Assembly: GCA_045587125.1 (NCBI GenBank)
Contig: JAZNBN010000012.1
Coordinates: forward strand, 17,461 to 81,460
Length of the DNA: 64,000 nucleotides
Reading direction: 5' to 3'
Origin: Candidatus Enterousia sp.
GTDB lineage: Bacteria > Pseudomonadota > Alphaproteobacteria > Rs-D84
A program made the position numbers and the translations under genes. The notes under the pieces were generated by a model. The model ran no database searches, was not told the DNA's origin, and saw nothing but the letters and a program-made list of their open reading frames with translations. Position 1 is the first letter of the stretch, and each line of letters begins with the position of its first letter. Of this stretch, positions 37,949 to 47,191 are shown in pieces.

Positions 37949-38881
37949 GTGATTGCTATACCCGCCAGATTGCCGGATTATGTTGATTGCAAACCTGTCT
38001 TGAAATGGGCTGGTGGCAAGGGGCAGTTATTGGACCAAATCGAACCTAAATTACCATTAAAACTGAAAATGGGTGGCATCAAACGTTATATTGAACCATT
38101 TGTTGGTGGCGGCGCTGTGTTCTTTGATATCTATAATAAATACTCTATCCAAGAAGCGTATTTGTTCGATATCAATCCTGAATTGGTTATTCTTTACAAT
38201 GTTATCAAGCATAATGTTGAAGAATTGATTGTTGAGCTGACTAAATTGCAGACTGAATATCGATTGACCGAAAATCAAAAAGAATACTATTACGCACGTC
38301 GTGATGAATATAATAAATTCGACAAAGATATCGATGCAAATGTCTATCGTACCGGTTTTGTTCGCCGTGCGGCATTGACGATATTCTTGAACCGGACTTG
38401 CTTTAATGGCCTGTTCCGTGTGAACAGCAAGAATAAGTTCAATGTACCAATGGGAAAATACACAAACCCACGCATATTGGATGAAGAAAACCTGCGTAAT
38501 GTGTCTGATGCTTTGCAGATTGCAACCATTATTCAGGGCGACTTTGGCGATACATCAAAGTATGTGACGGATGACACATTTATCTATTACGACCCACCAT
38601 ATCGTCCAATTCGTGAAACTTCGTCTTTTAATTCGTATGCGGTTGGTGACTTTGATGACAATGAACAAATCAGATTAAAGAACGTTTTTGACGCTTGTCA
38701 TCAAATGGGTGCTTTGCAGATGTTAAGCAACTCTGACCCAACCAACTATGTTGATGACCCGTTTTTTGACGACCTGTACCAAGATTATAAGATAAATCGC
38801 ATTATGGCCAAGCGGCTGATAAATTCCAAGGCGGACGGTCGTGATGCAATTCGGGAACTTTTGATTACGAATTATGAATAA
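37949..38881 (+). CDS. Dam-type (D12 class) N6-adenine DNA methyltransferase, DpnM-like
   Basis: KPVLKWAGGK, FVGGGAVFF and YYDPPY motifs. A GTG start after AAGGAAAGGAA is preferred over the track's TTG at 37871. Confidence 0.8.
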   Translation: MIAIPARLPDYVDCKPVLKWAGGKGQLLDQIEPKLPLKLKMGGIKRYIEPFVGGGAVFFDIYNKYSIQEAYLFDINPELVILYNVIKHNVEELIVELTKLQTEYRLTENQKEYYYARRDEYNKFDKDIDANVYRTGFVRRAALTIFLNRTCFNGLFRVNSKNKFNVPMGKYTNPRILDEENLRNVSDALQIATIIQGDFGDTSKYVTDDTFIYYDPPYRPIRETSSFNSYAVGDFDDNEQIRLKNVFDACHQMGALQMLSNSDPTNYVDDPFFDDLYQDYKINRIMAKRLINSKADGRDAIRELLITNYE

Positions 38882-39653
38882 GAAACAGTATAGACTTTAT
38901 TGTGAAGATTGCCTGAAAAAGTTATCCGAAATCCCCGAAAACACTTTTGACATGATTTTTGCGGACCCACCATACATGCTGTCCAATGGTGGTATCACCT
39001 GCCAGAATGGTTGTGTTGTTTCTGTGAACAAAGGCGATTGGGATAAGTCGCATGGCCTTAGTGAAGATTTTGAGTTTCATAAAAAGTGGCTGTGTGCCTG
39101 TCATCGTGTCTTAAAACCAAATGGAACATTGTGGGTCAGTGGTACATATCACAGCATTTATTCATGCGGCTATGCGATGCAGTTATTAGGTTTTCATATC
39201 TTGAACGACATTACTTGGTTTAAGCCAAATGCCAGCCCGAATATGTCTTGTCGCTATTTTACAGCCAGCCACGAAACATTGCTGTGGGTCAGAAAGAACA
39301 AGAAATCTAAGCACACTTTCAACTATGAAGCGATGAAAAACGGCGATTTTCCAAAAGACTTTATTAAAAAGCCGGGCTGTCAGATGCGTAGTGTTTGGGC
39401 GATTGGCACACCGACCAAGGCCGAAAAAATACATGGGAAGCATCCAACACAGAAACCATTAGAATTATTGGAACGCATAGTCTTGGCATCAACCAATCCT
39501 GGCGATTTGATTCTGGACCCGTTTATGGGCAGTGGCACAACCGGTGTCGCCGCACTGAAACATGGCCGCCGCTTTGTTGGCATAGATATGGAATCACAAT
39601 TTGTTGAATTGGCTGAAAAAAGATTATATGATGCATCTGAAAAGAAGGATTAA
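38874..39653 (+). CDS. Second DNA methyltransferase (N4/N6 MTase, beta class; DpnA-like)
   Basis: FADPPY comes first and FMGSGTTGVAA is C-terminal. Overlaps the upstream gene by 8 nt. Confidence 0.8.
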   Translation: MNKKQYRLYCEDCLKKLSEIPENTFDMIFADPPYMLSNGGITCQNGCVVSVNKGDWDKSHGLSEDFEFHKKWLCACHRVLKPNGTLWVSGTYHSIYSCGYAMQLLGFHILNDITWFKPNASPNMSCRYFTASHETLLWVRKNKKSKHTFNYEAMKNGDFPKDFIKKPGCQMRSVWAIGTPTKAEKIHGKHPTQKPLELLERIVLASTNPGDLILDPFMGSGTTGVAALKHGRRFVGIDMESQFVELAEKRLYDASEKKD

Positions 39654-39656
39654 AAA

Positions 39657-40568
39657 ATGAAATACAGTCATATATTTAATAAGCTGTTGGGTTGCAAAAA
39701 CGATGATGAGGTTTTTGACTACTTGGTCGGCAACCTGAAAGAAACCATCAAGTCGTGGGATTATTTTGTAAACTGGCAAAAAGTTCTGAAGAACTATAAA
39801 AGCGTAAAGGTTTCTTTGAATCTGTTAAATACTCTGATTGGCGAAGCAGATATTGAGAAAGCTGCACGTGAATTGCTGGCGCAGTATCCAGACGTGATTA
39901 AAATTGTTCCGGCATTACTGGCCTGTAGAGATAAAAATATCTGCCTGCTGACAGATATGCGTAAATTCGATTTGACCCGTTTTGACTTCAGCAAACCAAT
40001 GTCGCCGGCAGATGGCGCAATGTTTATGAAAGAAAGCGGATTCTTGGACCTCTTGTCCGACCGCACAATTAAATCTATCCCGGATTACTTTATTGGTGTT
40101 GAAGTTGGTCTGGATTCCAACGGACGTAAAAACCGCAGTGGCACATCAATGGAAAACCTGGCGGAATTCTTTATCAAAGATATTTGCCAGCGCAATGGAT
40201 ACGAATACATCGCACAGGCGACCGCTGACAAGATTTATAAACAATGGGGCAAAAAGATTACGGTTAACAAATCGTCCAAACGCATCGATTTTGCAATCAA
40301 TACACCGCATAAACTGTATTTGATTGAAACGAATTTCTATGGTGGAGGTGGTTCTAAATTGAAATCGACTGCCGGCGAATATGCAGATATTTATCATCAA
40401 TGGACCAATGACGGGCACCAATTTATCTGGATTACTGACGGTTATGGCTGGCAGACAACTAAACGTCCATTACGTGACACTTTCGACACAACAGATTACA
40501 TCCTGAACATCGACATGGTGCAAAAAGGTGTGTTGGAGGAATTATTAAAGAAGCAAGATGCGATTTAA
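39657..40568 (+). CDS. DpnII/MboI-family type II restriction endonuclease (predicted GATC)
   Basis: WDYFVNW, GVEVGLDSNGRKNRSG..MEN, LIETNFYGGGGSKL and WITDGYGW match the DpnII family as I recall it. Gene order M-M-R is as in DpnII. Confidence 0.7.
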   Translation: MKYSHIFNKLLGCKNDDEVFDYLVGNLKETIKSWDYFVNWQKVLKNYKSVKVSLNLLNTLIGEADIEKAARELLAQYPDVIKIVPALLACRDKNICLLTDMRKFDLTRFDFSKPMSPADGAMFMKESGFLDLLSDRTIKSIPDYFIGVEVGLDSNGRKNRSGTSMENLAEFFIKDICQRNGYEYIAQATADKIYKQWGKKITVNKSSKRIDFAINTPHKLYLIETNFYGGGGSKLKSTAGEYADIYHQWTNDGHQFIWITDGYGWQTTKRPLRDTFDTTDYILNIDMVQKGVLEELLKKQDAI

Positions 40569-40668
40569 TAAAAACAACTGAATAAACGATTGAGTTAAAA
40601 AAAATAAACGCTTGACATACAATAAAGTTTTGTTTATTATTCTTCTTGAAGAATCAAGGAGAAGCAAA

Positions 40669-41067
40669 ATGGCGTTTCAACGATTTTCTCAAGTTGGACA
40701 AATATTTAAAGCAAGAGCGTCGATTTCAACGTTCGGGATGCTTAGTTTTAGTTCGGGGGCGCGTCAACGTTTTGACATGGATGAAGCCAAGTATAAATTT
40801 GGTGCGTTGTTTTTTGATCCTGACACAAGAACAATTGGCGTTCAATTATTAGCAGAAGACGATGGACAAGGAGTTGTAAATCTGAGATATAGAGACAAAG
40901 GACTTGACTTGGCAGTTAAATCTTTTCTTGAGTATTATAACATAATGCCTAAAACAACAAGTTTGTATGAGATAGACAAAGACGAACATACGGGTATGAT
41001 ACTTATAAAACTAGATACAGCTAAGGAAAGGATGACAAGGGGTAAATCAGTTGACGAAAATGATTAG
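40669..41067 (+). CDS. Hypothetical protein (132 aa)
   Basis: AAGGAG SD. Start set at MAFQRF. No family recognised. Confidence 0.5.
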   Translation: MAFQRFSQVGQIFKARASISTFGMLSFSSGARQRFDMDEAKYKFGALFFDPDTRTIGVQLLAEDDGQGVVNLRYRDKGLDLAVKSFLEYYNIMPKTTSLYEIDKDEHTGMILIKLDTAKERMTRGKSVDEND

Positions 41068-41271
41068 CCCTAATAAAATAAAGTCTGCCTAACCCTAATT
41101 AGACAGACCTTATCGGGATATACCCAGTGTTTAAGTTAATTACTAAACATTTTTATCTTAACACTATCCCGCCATTAAAGTCAAGCATCGATCCAAAAAT
41201 TTTGGGATTGGTGGTCTTGATGGTCACCTTTTGGGTATGGGGACCTTTGCCAAAAACATAAGGTTATTAAA

Positions 41272-41532
41272 ATGGCAACACTAGTAAAAAACTTAAACGG
41301 AACAAGTAAAAAAAATCCACCAAAAGGGTGTTCTTGCTGGTTAGATTTCTGGCTACAGAAAACCGATCGAAAAACAGCTGGCGAATGCGCACATTGCACT
41401 AACCCAGCTACCTTAGGTGGTCATGTTAAACCTGTAAACGGCAGTTTAGCATATATCGTCCCCTTGTGTGACGCATGCAACAAGAGAACCGATGAGTTTA
41501 CAGTTTACAAAGAGCTTGTACGCACTGAGTGA
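41272..41532 (+). CDS. Small Cys/His-rich (zinc-binding, His-Me-finger-like) protein
   Basis: CSCW...CAHC...GGHV...IVPLCDACN pattern. Confidence 0.5.
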   Translation: MATLVKNLNGTSKKNPPKGCSCWLDFWLQKTDRKTAGECAHCTNPATLGGHVKPVNGSLAYIVPLCDACNKRTDEFTVYKELVRTE

Positions 41533-41586
41533 AAAAAACAGGGGAATATCCCCTGTTTGTTTTAGATACGCACAATATTTTATTTT

Positions 41587-42090
41587 TTACCAAGACCACT
41601 CTTGGCCACCGACCGTTATTTTTTCGCCTAATTTATCACACATAATCTGGGCAAAATGCAGCAACACGTCACCATTAGAAAACGTTAGGCTTGCGCTTTT
41701 ATTTAGATCGTTATATCTCAGCCGTATCATTTTCTCATTATTATCTTGTAATACAGGCTCTAAAGAAGCCAGATGCTGGCGACCATCACCATGTACCAAC
41801 CCAACAAATTCTTGCTGGGTTTCTGGCTTTAGCTTTTTAAACAAATCATATACCTTGTGTGTTTGCAGTTTGTCTAATCTTTTGCCTTCCTTGAGCAAGA
41901 AAACTTTTAAGAACATTTCAACCGCTTGTAAAATGCATGTATTTTCAACGCCTCGCAATCTAAATTCTCTTAATATATCTTTCTTTTGCGATATTTCCTG
42001 TTGCAAAATAGCGCAAGTTGTCAAAAAGCCGACCCCGGCATCTGTTAATGACGTAATATTTGTGTATTCTATATCTTGTTGCCCCTGCAT
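41587..42090 (-). CDS. Hypothetical helical protein, possibly HEPN-like
   Basis: KRLDKLQTH fits Rx4-6H only loosely. Lies downstream of the DUF2075 gene on the same strand. Confidence 0.4.
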   Translation of the reverse strand: MQGQQDIEYTNITSLTDAGVGFLTTCAILQQEISQKKDILREFRLRGVENTCILQAVEMFLKVFLLKEGKRLDKLQTHKVYDLFKKLKPETQQEFVGLVHGDGRQHLASLEPVLQDNNEKMIRLRYNDLNKSASLTFSNGDVLLHFAQIMCDKLGEKITVGGQEWSW

Positions 42091-42222
42091 AACTACACCT
42101 CCGCACTATCTGCAAAAAGGACATACAAAAAGGCGATGGGTGGACATGCCAAGCACCAAAATACGAACCATCCTTTCTTGATAAAAACTGCCGGTCTTTT
42201 TTCTGTTTGCATTGTCATGTTT

Positions 42223-44196
42223 TTACAACTCCTCTACACCAATGTCGGTTAGGTATTGCCATAGGGCGTCATAGAATTTTGGTTGGCGGGTGGCGTCTGA
42301 TGCGTCGCCGCGTGGGACAAAGATTACAAAGCCTTCGCGGGCGCGGGTCAGCAGCACACGATATGCGTTTTTAAGATAACGTCTCTTGTCTTCTTGGTTG
42401 ATTGATAGCCAACGCGAACCACTGGGTTTGAAATATTCAAATTTGCCGTCAACATATCTGTAATCTGCGTCCCAGCCAACAACCGCATAATCTATTTCCA
42501 GGCCCTGGATATCAAATTCACTGGCCGCTTCTTCCATAAAGTATGAAGACTTGATATCATCACGTTCACCCAGGAACCACTTTTCCGGCTTGCACTTACT
42601 TTCTATCCAAATTCCGTCCGCACGCAATCTGCGACCATTTGAACTGGCAATCAAGCCATGACGCAACGTCTTGCCCGCAGTCTGTTCACGCACCCATTGC
42701 TTTGCACGCGCCAAATCACGCGTCATATAAATTGGATAGACTTCGGACAGTCGCTTATATTTTTCTGCGGCGGCGGCAGCATCATTATCAAGTAAAGAGT
42801 CAACAAAACCCGCAACATCGGATGTTCTGTGTGCACGCAATGATACAGACAGGTGCAGTTCCTTAATCGTTTCGCATTTCAGCCCATCGGTTAGGTCCGC
42901 AAACGATTGGTCGCCCAGGTATTCACTGGCAGTTATATCGCCAGACACGTAAACATTCCAATCTGGGAAAGAACGCTTTAATGACGCAAACCATTCTTGG
43001 ATACCGGCCTCGCCAGTGTTAATGTCCTGACCACCACCAACAAGGCACACAATCACGGCCCAATCTTGGTGTCGGTTCATATAGTCAATTAACAACTCTG
43101 GCTCGCTCATAGCCAAGAAGTGGGCACGCTGTTCATCAGTTAGACGGTTAAGAATCGCCCCTTTCTTCTTTTGCATAAAGTCTGATAACATACGTTGGTT
43201 CCATGCACGCTGTGCTTCGTCAAATATGACAACATTTTCAGTTGGAACGTCTGCCTCATTCAAGGAACGATCACGAAAGTGATGAATTATCTGAATAGAA
43301 GATTTTATCTTGCTGTGCGTAAGAGATTTGGACGTACCATTTTGCTTGTATGCATCTAGAGCCAAAGCCTCGCTAAGTACCGAAACCAATGGCTGATTAC
43401 CTGTCAAAAAGCACGAATAACTTTGCCCCGTTGTTTTCTGATTTGCAAATACAATGTTCAGACCGGCCAAGGTTTTACCCGCACCAGGAACACCCGTGAT
43501 AAAGCAGATGGATTTTTGTTTATTCTGCTTTGATTGTTCGATTATACGCTGAACCGCATCTGATGTCTTGGTCAGGTTTTCGGCGGCTGTATTTTGCGCA
43601 ATATCTGCGACAGAGTGAGTGTTATATAGGGCTTTGGCGGCTTCAATAATCGTTGGGGTCGGGACATATCTGGAATTTGCCCATTTATCCATATTGATTG
43701 TTGTGCACGAAGTATCTGTGTTGTGAATAATTATATTACGCAATTCATCGCCATCGGTCAGGATTACATCTTCTGGAACATCGTGTTTACGGTAGTCATC
43801 CGGCACACCCGTTGCCACCAAGATAGGAACGATTTTACACTGACGGCTTTCTTCGTGATAGTTTTGCAAATCAAATGCGTATGTGCGAACCTGGCGAATT
43901 GCATCACTGGCATAAGTTTCTGCGCCGACCTTAAATTCCAGAACAAAGACAGTATTGTTTATCAGCAAGATGTTATCTATGCGACCGCCCACACGTGGCA
44001 GTGTGTATTCAAACAGAATGCTGCCAGATGGCGCGTATGCCAGCGCATATTTCAACACGCGAATTTGTTCCATCCAGGCGTCTTTTTGTGCCGCAACTGT
44101 GTCGTATCTGTCACCTGCGGCGATAATACCAAAGATTTCATCATCGCTTTGGTGCAAGAAGTTTTGAATACTGTTTTTGTAGAAAGCGTCGCTCAT
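42223..44196 (-). CDS. DUF2075-type nuclease-ATPase (PD-(D/E)xK-like N-domain plus P-loop helicase-like core)
   Basis: GGRIDNILLINNTVFVLEFKVG, Walker A GVPGAGKT and VVIFDEAQR. Start at MSDAFYK, 1 nt after the NUDIX stop. Confidence 0.65.
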   Translation of the reverse strand: MSDAFYKNSIQNFLHQSDDEIFGIIAAGDRYDTVAAQKDAWMEQIRVLKYALAYAPSGSILFEYTLPRVGGRIDNILLINNTVFVLEFKVGAETYASDAIRQVRTYAFDLQNYHEESRQCKIVPILVATGVPDDYRKHDVPEDVILTDGDELRNIIIHNTDTSCTTINMDKWANSRYVPTPTIIEAAKALYNTHSVADIAQNTAAENLTKTSDAVQRIIEQSKQNKQKSICFITGVPGAGKTLAGLNIVFANQKTTGQSYSCFLTGNQPLVSVLSEALALDAYKQNGTSKSLTHSKIKSSIQIIHHFRDRSLNEADVPTENVVIFDEAQRAWNQRMLSDFMQKKKGAILNRLTDEQRAHFLAMSEPELLIDYMNRHQDWAVIVCLVGGGQDINTGEAGIQEWFASLKRSFPDWNVYVSGDITASEYLGDQSFADLTDGLKCETIKELHLSVSLRAHRTSDVAGFVDSLLDNDAAAAAEKYKRLSEVYPIYMTRDLARAKQWVREQTAGKTLRHGLIASSNGRRLRADGIWIESKCKPEKWFLGERDDIKSSYFMEEAASEFDIQGLEIDYAVVGWDADYRYVDGKFEYFKPSGSRWLSINQEDKRRYLKNAYRVLLTRAREGFVIFVPRGDASDATRQPKFYDALWQYLTDIGVEEL

Positions 44197-44197
44197 T

Positions 44198-44584
44198 TTA
44201 CTTTCCTTTGGCTTGTAGTGTTTTAGATACGATTTGGTCGGCGGGGAGTTGTGGGTGGGAGGGCAAGTCCTGGACCGGCACCCAATGCATATCGTCGTGG
44301 ACGCGCAATTGGATTTCGCCGGTGTAGGATGTGATTTCGTATGTATGAAGTTCAATAACCTTGCCTGAATCTGTTGTGTGTTTTGCGATTGTAATCAGGT
44401 CGCCAATTTGTGCGTCAATACCCAATTCTTCAAACAGCTCCCTGCGCAGGCATGTTGGGCCGTCTTCGCCATCTTCAAACTTGCCACCGGGGTATTCCCA
44501 TTCACCCGCCAATGGCTGGTCTGCCCCACGTCGCATCAGCAGAACTTTATCCCCATCCCTAAAAATCGCAGCTGTTACTTTCAC
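44198..44584 (-). CDS. NUDIX hydrolase (MutT-like)
   Basis: Complete Nudix box GGKFEDGEDGPTCLRRELFEELGI. Confidence 0.8.
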   Translation of the reverse strand: MKVTAAIFRDGDKVLLMRRGADQPLAGEWEYPGGKFEDGEDGPTCLRRELFEELGIDAQIGDLITIAKHTTDSGKVIELHTYEITSYTGEIQLRVHDDMHWVPVQDLPSHPQLPADQIVSKTLQAKGK

Positions 44585-44864
44585 ACTGAATCCTTTCCTT
44601 TACAACACCATCTTGCACTGTTTTTTTGGGTTTGTAAAGCCCTTATTTTCTGCGGATTTTAGTGTTTATACATAGAGATACGCCACGATACATTTAAGGT
44701 TAAATTTTACGATATTTTATGATTTAGATATAACTAACAACATATCAACAGTTTTACGTAAGTTTTCAACAATTTTTTGTGCATTACTACTTTCACTACC
44801 TTTTCTTTATCTTTTATTTTTATTATCTTTTATTTTTCTTTACTACTACTACTTTCCTTACCTA

Positions 44865-44896
44865 TGAAATCAATATTGAAATCAACATGAAATCAA
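44865..44896. promoter_or_regulatory. Three phased TGAAATCAA repeats (iteron/operator-like)
   Basis: Copies at 44865, 44877 and 44888, spaced 12 and 11 nt apart, plus a partial fourth copy. About 240 nt upstream of fic. Confidence 0.4.
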
Positions 44897-45024
44897 TTCT
44901 GATTTATGAAATTAGATAGTGCGGCTTTTGCTGCGGCACAGACCGCACCCACGCCCACAGTTAATCTTTTGATTTTAGTACACAATATTTACAAAGTGCG
45001 GCATGCGGTCTTGTTTTTTTATCA

Positions 45025-45057
45025 GTGTGTAGCAAGGTGGCGGGGTCGCCGTTACCC
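45025..45057. repeat. 33-nt direct repeat, copy 1 (upstream of fic)
   Basis: GTGTGTAGCAAGGTGGCGGGGTCGCCGTTACCC against 46294-46326, 29/33 identical. Confidence 0.75.
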
Positions 45058-45136
45058 GTATATGAAACGCCCGTCACAGGACCCATTAAATAACTGGAAT
45101 TTTTGTATTTCTTGGATATAATCAATAGGGTAAGGC

Positions 45137-46243
45137 ATGAAAGATATGGCAAAGTTTTCAGATTTTATCAGCGAATACAAAACAGCCCAAGAGCCATCTA
45201 AACAAGAAAAGGCACGTAATTGGGATATCGCCATTGGCCTGCAACAGGTTGATGGGTTGACACCATCGCGTTATCTGTACCAGGTGGCACGTGATAATAT
45301 CGAAGGCAAGCTGAGTCATGACGAAGTTCATCAGTCGCTGCGCCAGTATTACCGCACCCCAGAGGGTGACGAACTGGGTATTGAATACTGGGAGGCCGAC
45401 ACCGTTTCCAACCGTATTGCAGAACTGTTAAGCAATTCGTCTTTTACCTTTGCGCCGACTACTTTGCTGTCTATTCACAAGTATTTATTTAATGCGGCAT
45501 TGCCTGAACACTGGGTTGGGAATGTCCGTACCAAGGATATTATCAAGGCAGAAAACGTGCTGATGGGGGATACTGTACACTATGCCAGCCATATGGACAT
45601 TATGCCAACGCTGGAATACGACTTTGACCGCGAAGAACGTTTTGATTACAGTACGCTTAACACACGTGCGCAAGTTGAACATATCGCGCAATTCGTGTCT
45701 GGCCTGTGGCAAATTCATCCATTTCGCGAAGGCAATACGCGCACAATCGCCGTATTTGCAATCAAATATCTGCGCAATAAAGGCTTTGCTGCCGATAACG
45801 AATTATTCAAGGATTATGCAGAATATTTTCGCAATGCCTTGGTTCGTGCCAACTATGAAAATATACCGCGCGGTATCAAACGGACCTATAAATACCTGAA
45901 CTTGTTCTTTGGAAATCTGTTGCTGGGCGAAAACAATTCGCTGAAAGGTGGCGACATGGTTATAAATATCGCTAATCCCGAAATAAAAACTAGCGATATA
46001 ACTAGCGATAAATGTAGCGATTTGAATATAGATGACCTGAACAAAACAGAACGGGCGTTCTTTATCGCTATGGCTGAAAAATTATGCACGATGGGTTATG
46101 TTACTGCTGCGGACGCAATTTCTATAACGGGCAAGTCGTCACAGCGCGTACGCCAACTGTTTGTCGCATTGGTTAACAAAGGTTTCTTGGTTGCCACCGG
46201 TCAAAACAAAGGCCGCAAATATAGTTTGCCAGAAAAACGATAA
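45137..46243 (+). CDS. Fic/DOC family protein with C-terminal wHTH-like tail
   Basis: Fic motif HPFREGNTRT. Confidence 0.8.
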   Translation: MKDMAKFSDFISEYKTAQEPSKQEKARNWDIAIGLQQVDGLTPSRYLYQVARDNIEGKLSHDEVHQSLRQYYRTPEGDELGIEYWEADTVSNRIAELLSNSSFTFAPTTLLSIHKYLFNAALPEHWVGNVRTKDIIKAENVLMGDTVHYASHMDIMPTLEYDFDREERFDYSTLNTRAQVEHIAQFVSGLWQIHPFREGNTRTIAVFAIKYLRNKGFAADNELFKDYAEYFRNALVRANYENIPRGIKRTYKYLNLFFGNLLLGENNSLKGGDMVINIANPEIKTSDITSDKCSDLNIDDLNKTERAFFIAMAEKLCTMGYVTAADAISITGKSSQRVRQLFVALVNKGFLVATGQNKGRKYSLPEKR

Positions 46244-46293
46244 TCGATTTATAAGGAAATGTGTTCTTAGGTGCGAACCAATTTTTCAAACCT

Positions 46294-46326
46294 GTGTGTA
46301 ACAAGGTGTCGAGGTCGCCGTTACCC
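46294..46326. repeat. 33-nt direct repeat, copy 2 (downstream of fic)
   Basis: GTGTGTAACAAGGTGTCGAGGTCGCCGTTACCC. Confidence 0.75.
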
Positions 46327-46386
46327 CCAATCAAAAGAGGTTTTACAGAACCTATTTTTATTTTACTGAAATGCAACATGCACCAT

Positions 46387-46878
46387 TTAGGCACATATTG
46401 CATTTGCAACGTTATTGATGGCACGATAGGTGCTGCTGTCCATGATGTGGGTATATCCTTCGGTGGTGGTTATACGGGAATGTCCGGCCGCTTCTTTCAT
46501 GGCAGCTATATTTTCACCGATATTTGCACCCATACTGATAAACGAATGTCGCAGGTCGTGTATTCGCATATGTGGCAGCTTGGCATATGACAGTGCCCAT
46601 TCAAATGGCTTGCGGATGTTGTTTATTGGTCTGTGCTCGTTCCCAACACCTGGGAATACATATTTGCTGCCCAGTGCGGTTGCTTCATCCAGCGCAGCCT
46701 GCAAGTATGGTATAACCGCATCAGACAGTTTTACATCCCGGGCGCCGGTCTTGCTGTCTTTCAGGTGTATTACCTTGTGCATAAGCGCAAGTTCTTCTAC
46801 CTCTAGCCCGGTTATTTCAGACGCACGACACCCAGTCAGCATCAGCACCCGCAACGCATTGAATAACCGTGGGTGCAT
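46387..46878 (-). pseudogene. Tyrosine integrase, catalytic domain only (N-terminal half lost or frameshifted)
   Basis: TGCRASE, HDLRHSF, GHS and GYTH give the catalytic R...HxxR...H...Y set. The upstream frames contain stops. Confidence 0.7.
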
Positions 46879-47113
46879 TTTATGATGCAGTAGAACAATT
46901 GCAGAGATTCAATGTTGGAAAAAACGGTTCCCTTAGGCTGCATTTGGTTAAGAGCGTGCTTAGGAAAAATTATTTTATTCTTAAACCGCTTAAATCTGGT
47001 TGCGACCTGATTGGTTCGTTTGAGTCAACCTCACAGTAAGGCTTAAGGATTGCTTAATTATAAATTACACCTTATGGTGCATTTGCGTAATCTTTTAGAA
47101 AAACTTCACAAAG

Positions 47114-47191
47114 TCTAGCGATGGTTGTAAATTCTATTGGGTTTTCGTGCCGGTATGAACAAGCCACGCCGAGCCACATTTTACACCGTCC
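47114..47191. repeat. About 80-nt repeat, copy 1; part of a possible 53-codon HTH-like ORF (47072-47233, minus)
   Basis: About 80% identical to 49153-49233. Minus-strand translation gives WLGVACSYRHENPIEF. Confidence 0.6.

Noticed and set aside
41468-42181. 237-aa plus-strand ORF
   Set aside because: It is antisense to the 167-aa minus-strand gene and overlaps the end of 41272-41532. It is Ser/Cys/Leu-rich low complexity. The minus-strand ORF has the more protein-like sequence.
43723-44226. 167-aa plus-strand ORF, together with 43955-44167 and 42639-42866
   Set aside because: All lie antisense within the DUF2075 gene, whose motifs are convincing.
44361-44675. Two overlapping plus-strand ORFs of about 100 aa
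   Set aside because: They are antisense to the NUDIX gene, which carries a complete Nudix box.
44790-44860. Low-complexity T/A-rich tract with short tandem units (ATCTTTTATTTTT, TACTAC), considered as a CRISPR or minisatellite
   Set aside because: It has no repeat-spacer architecture. The units are too short and irregular.
46430-46885. 151-aa plus-strand ORF
   Set aside because: It is antisense to the integrase catalytic-domain remnant, which has the R-H-R-H-Y motif set.
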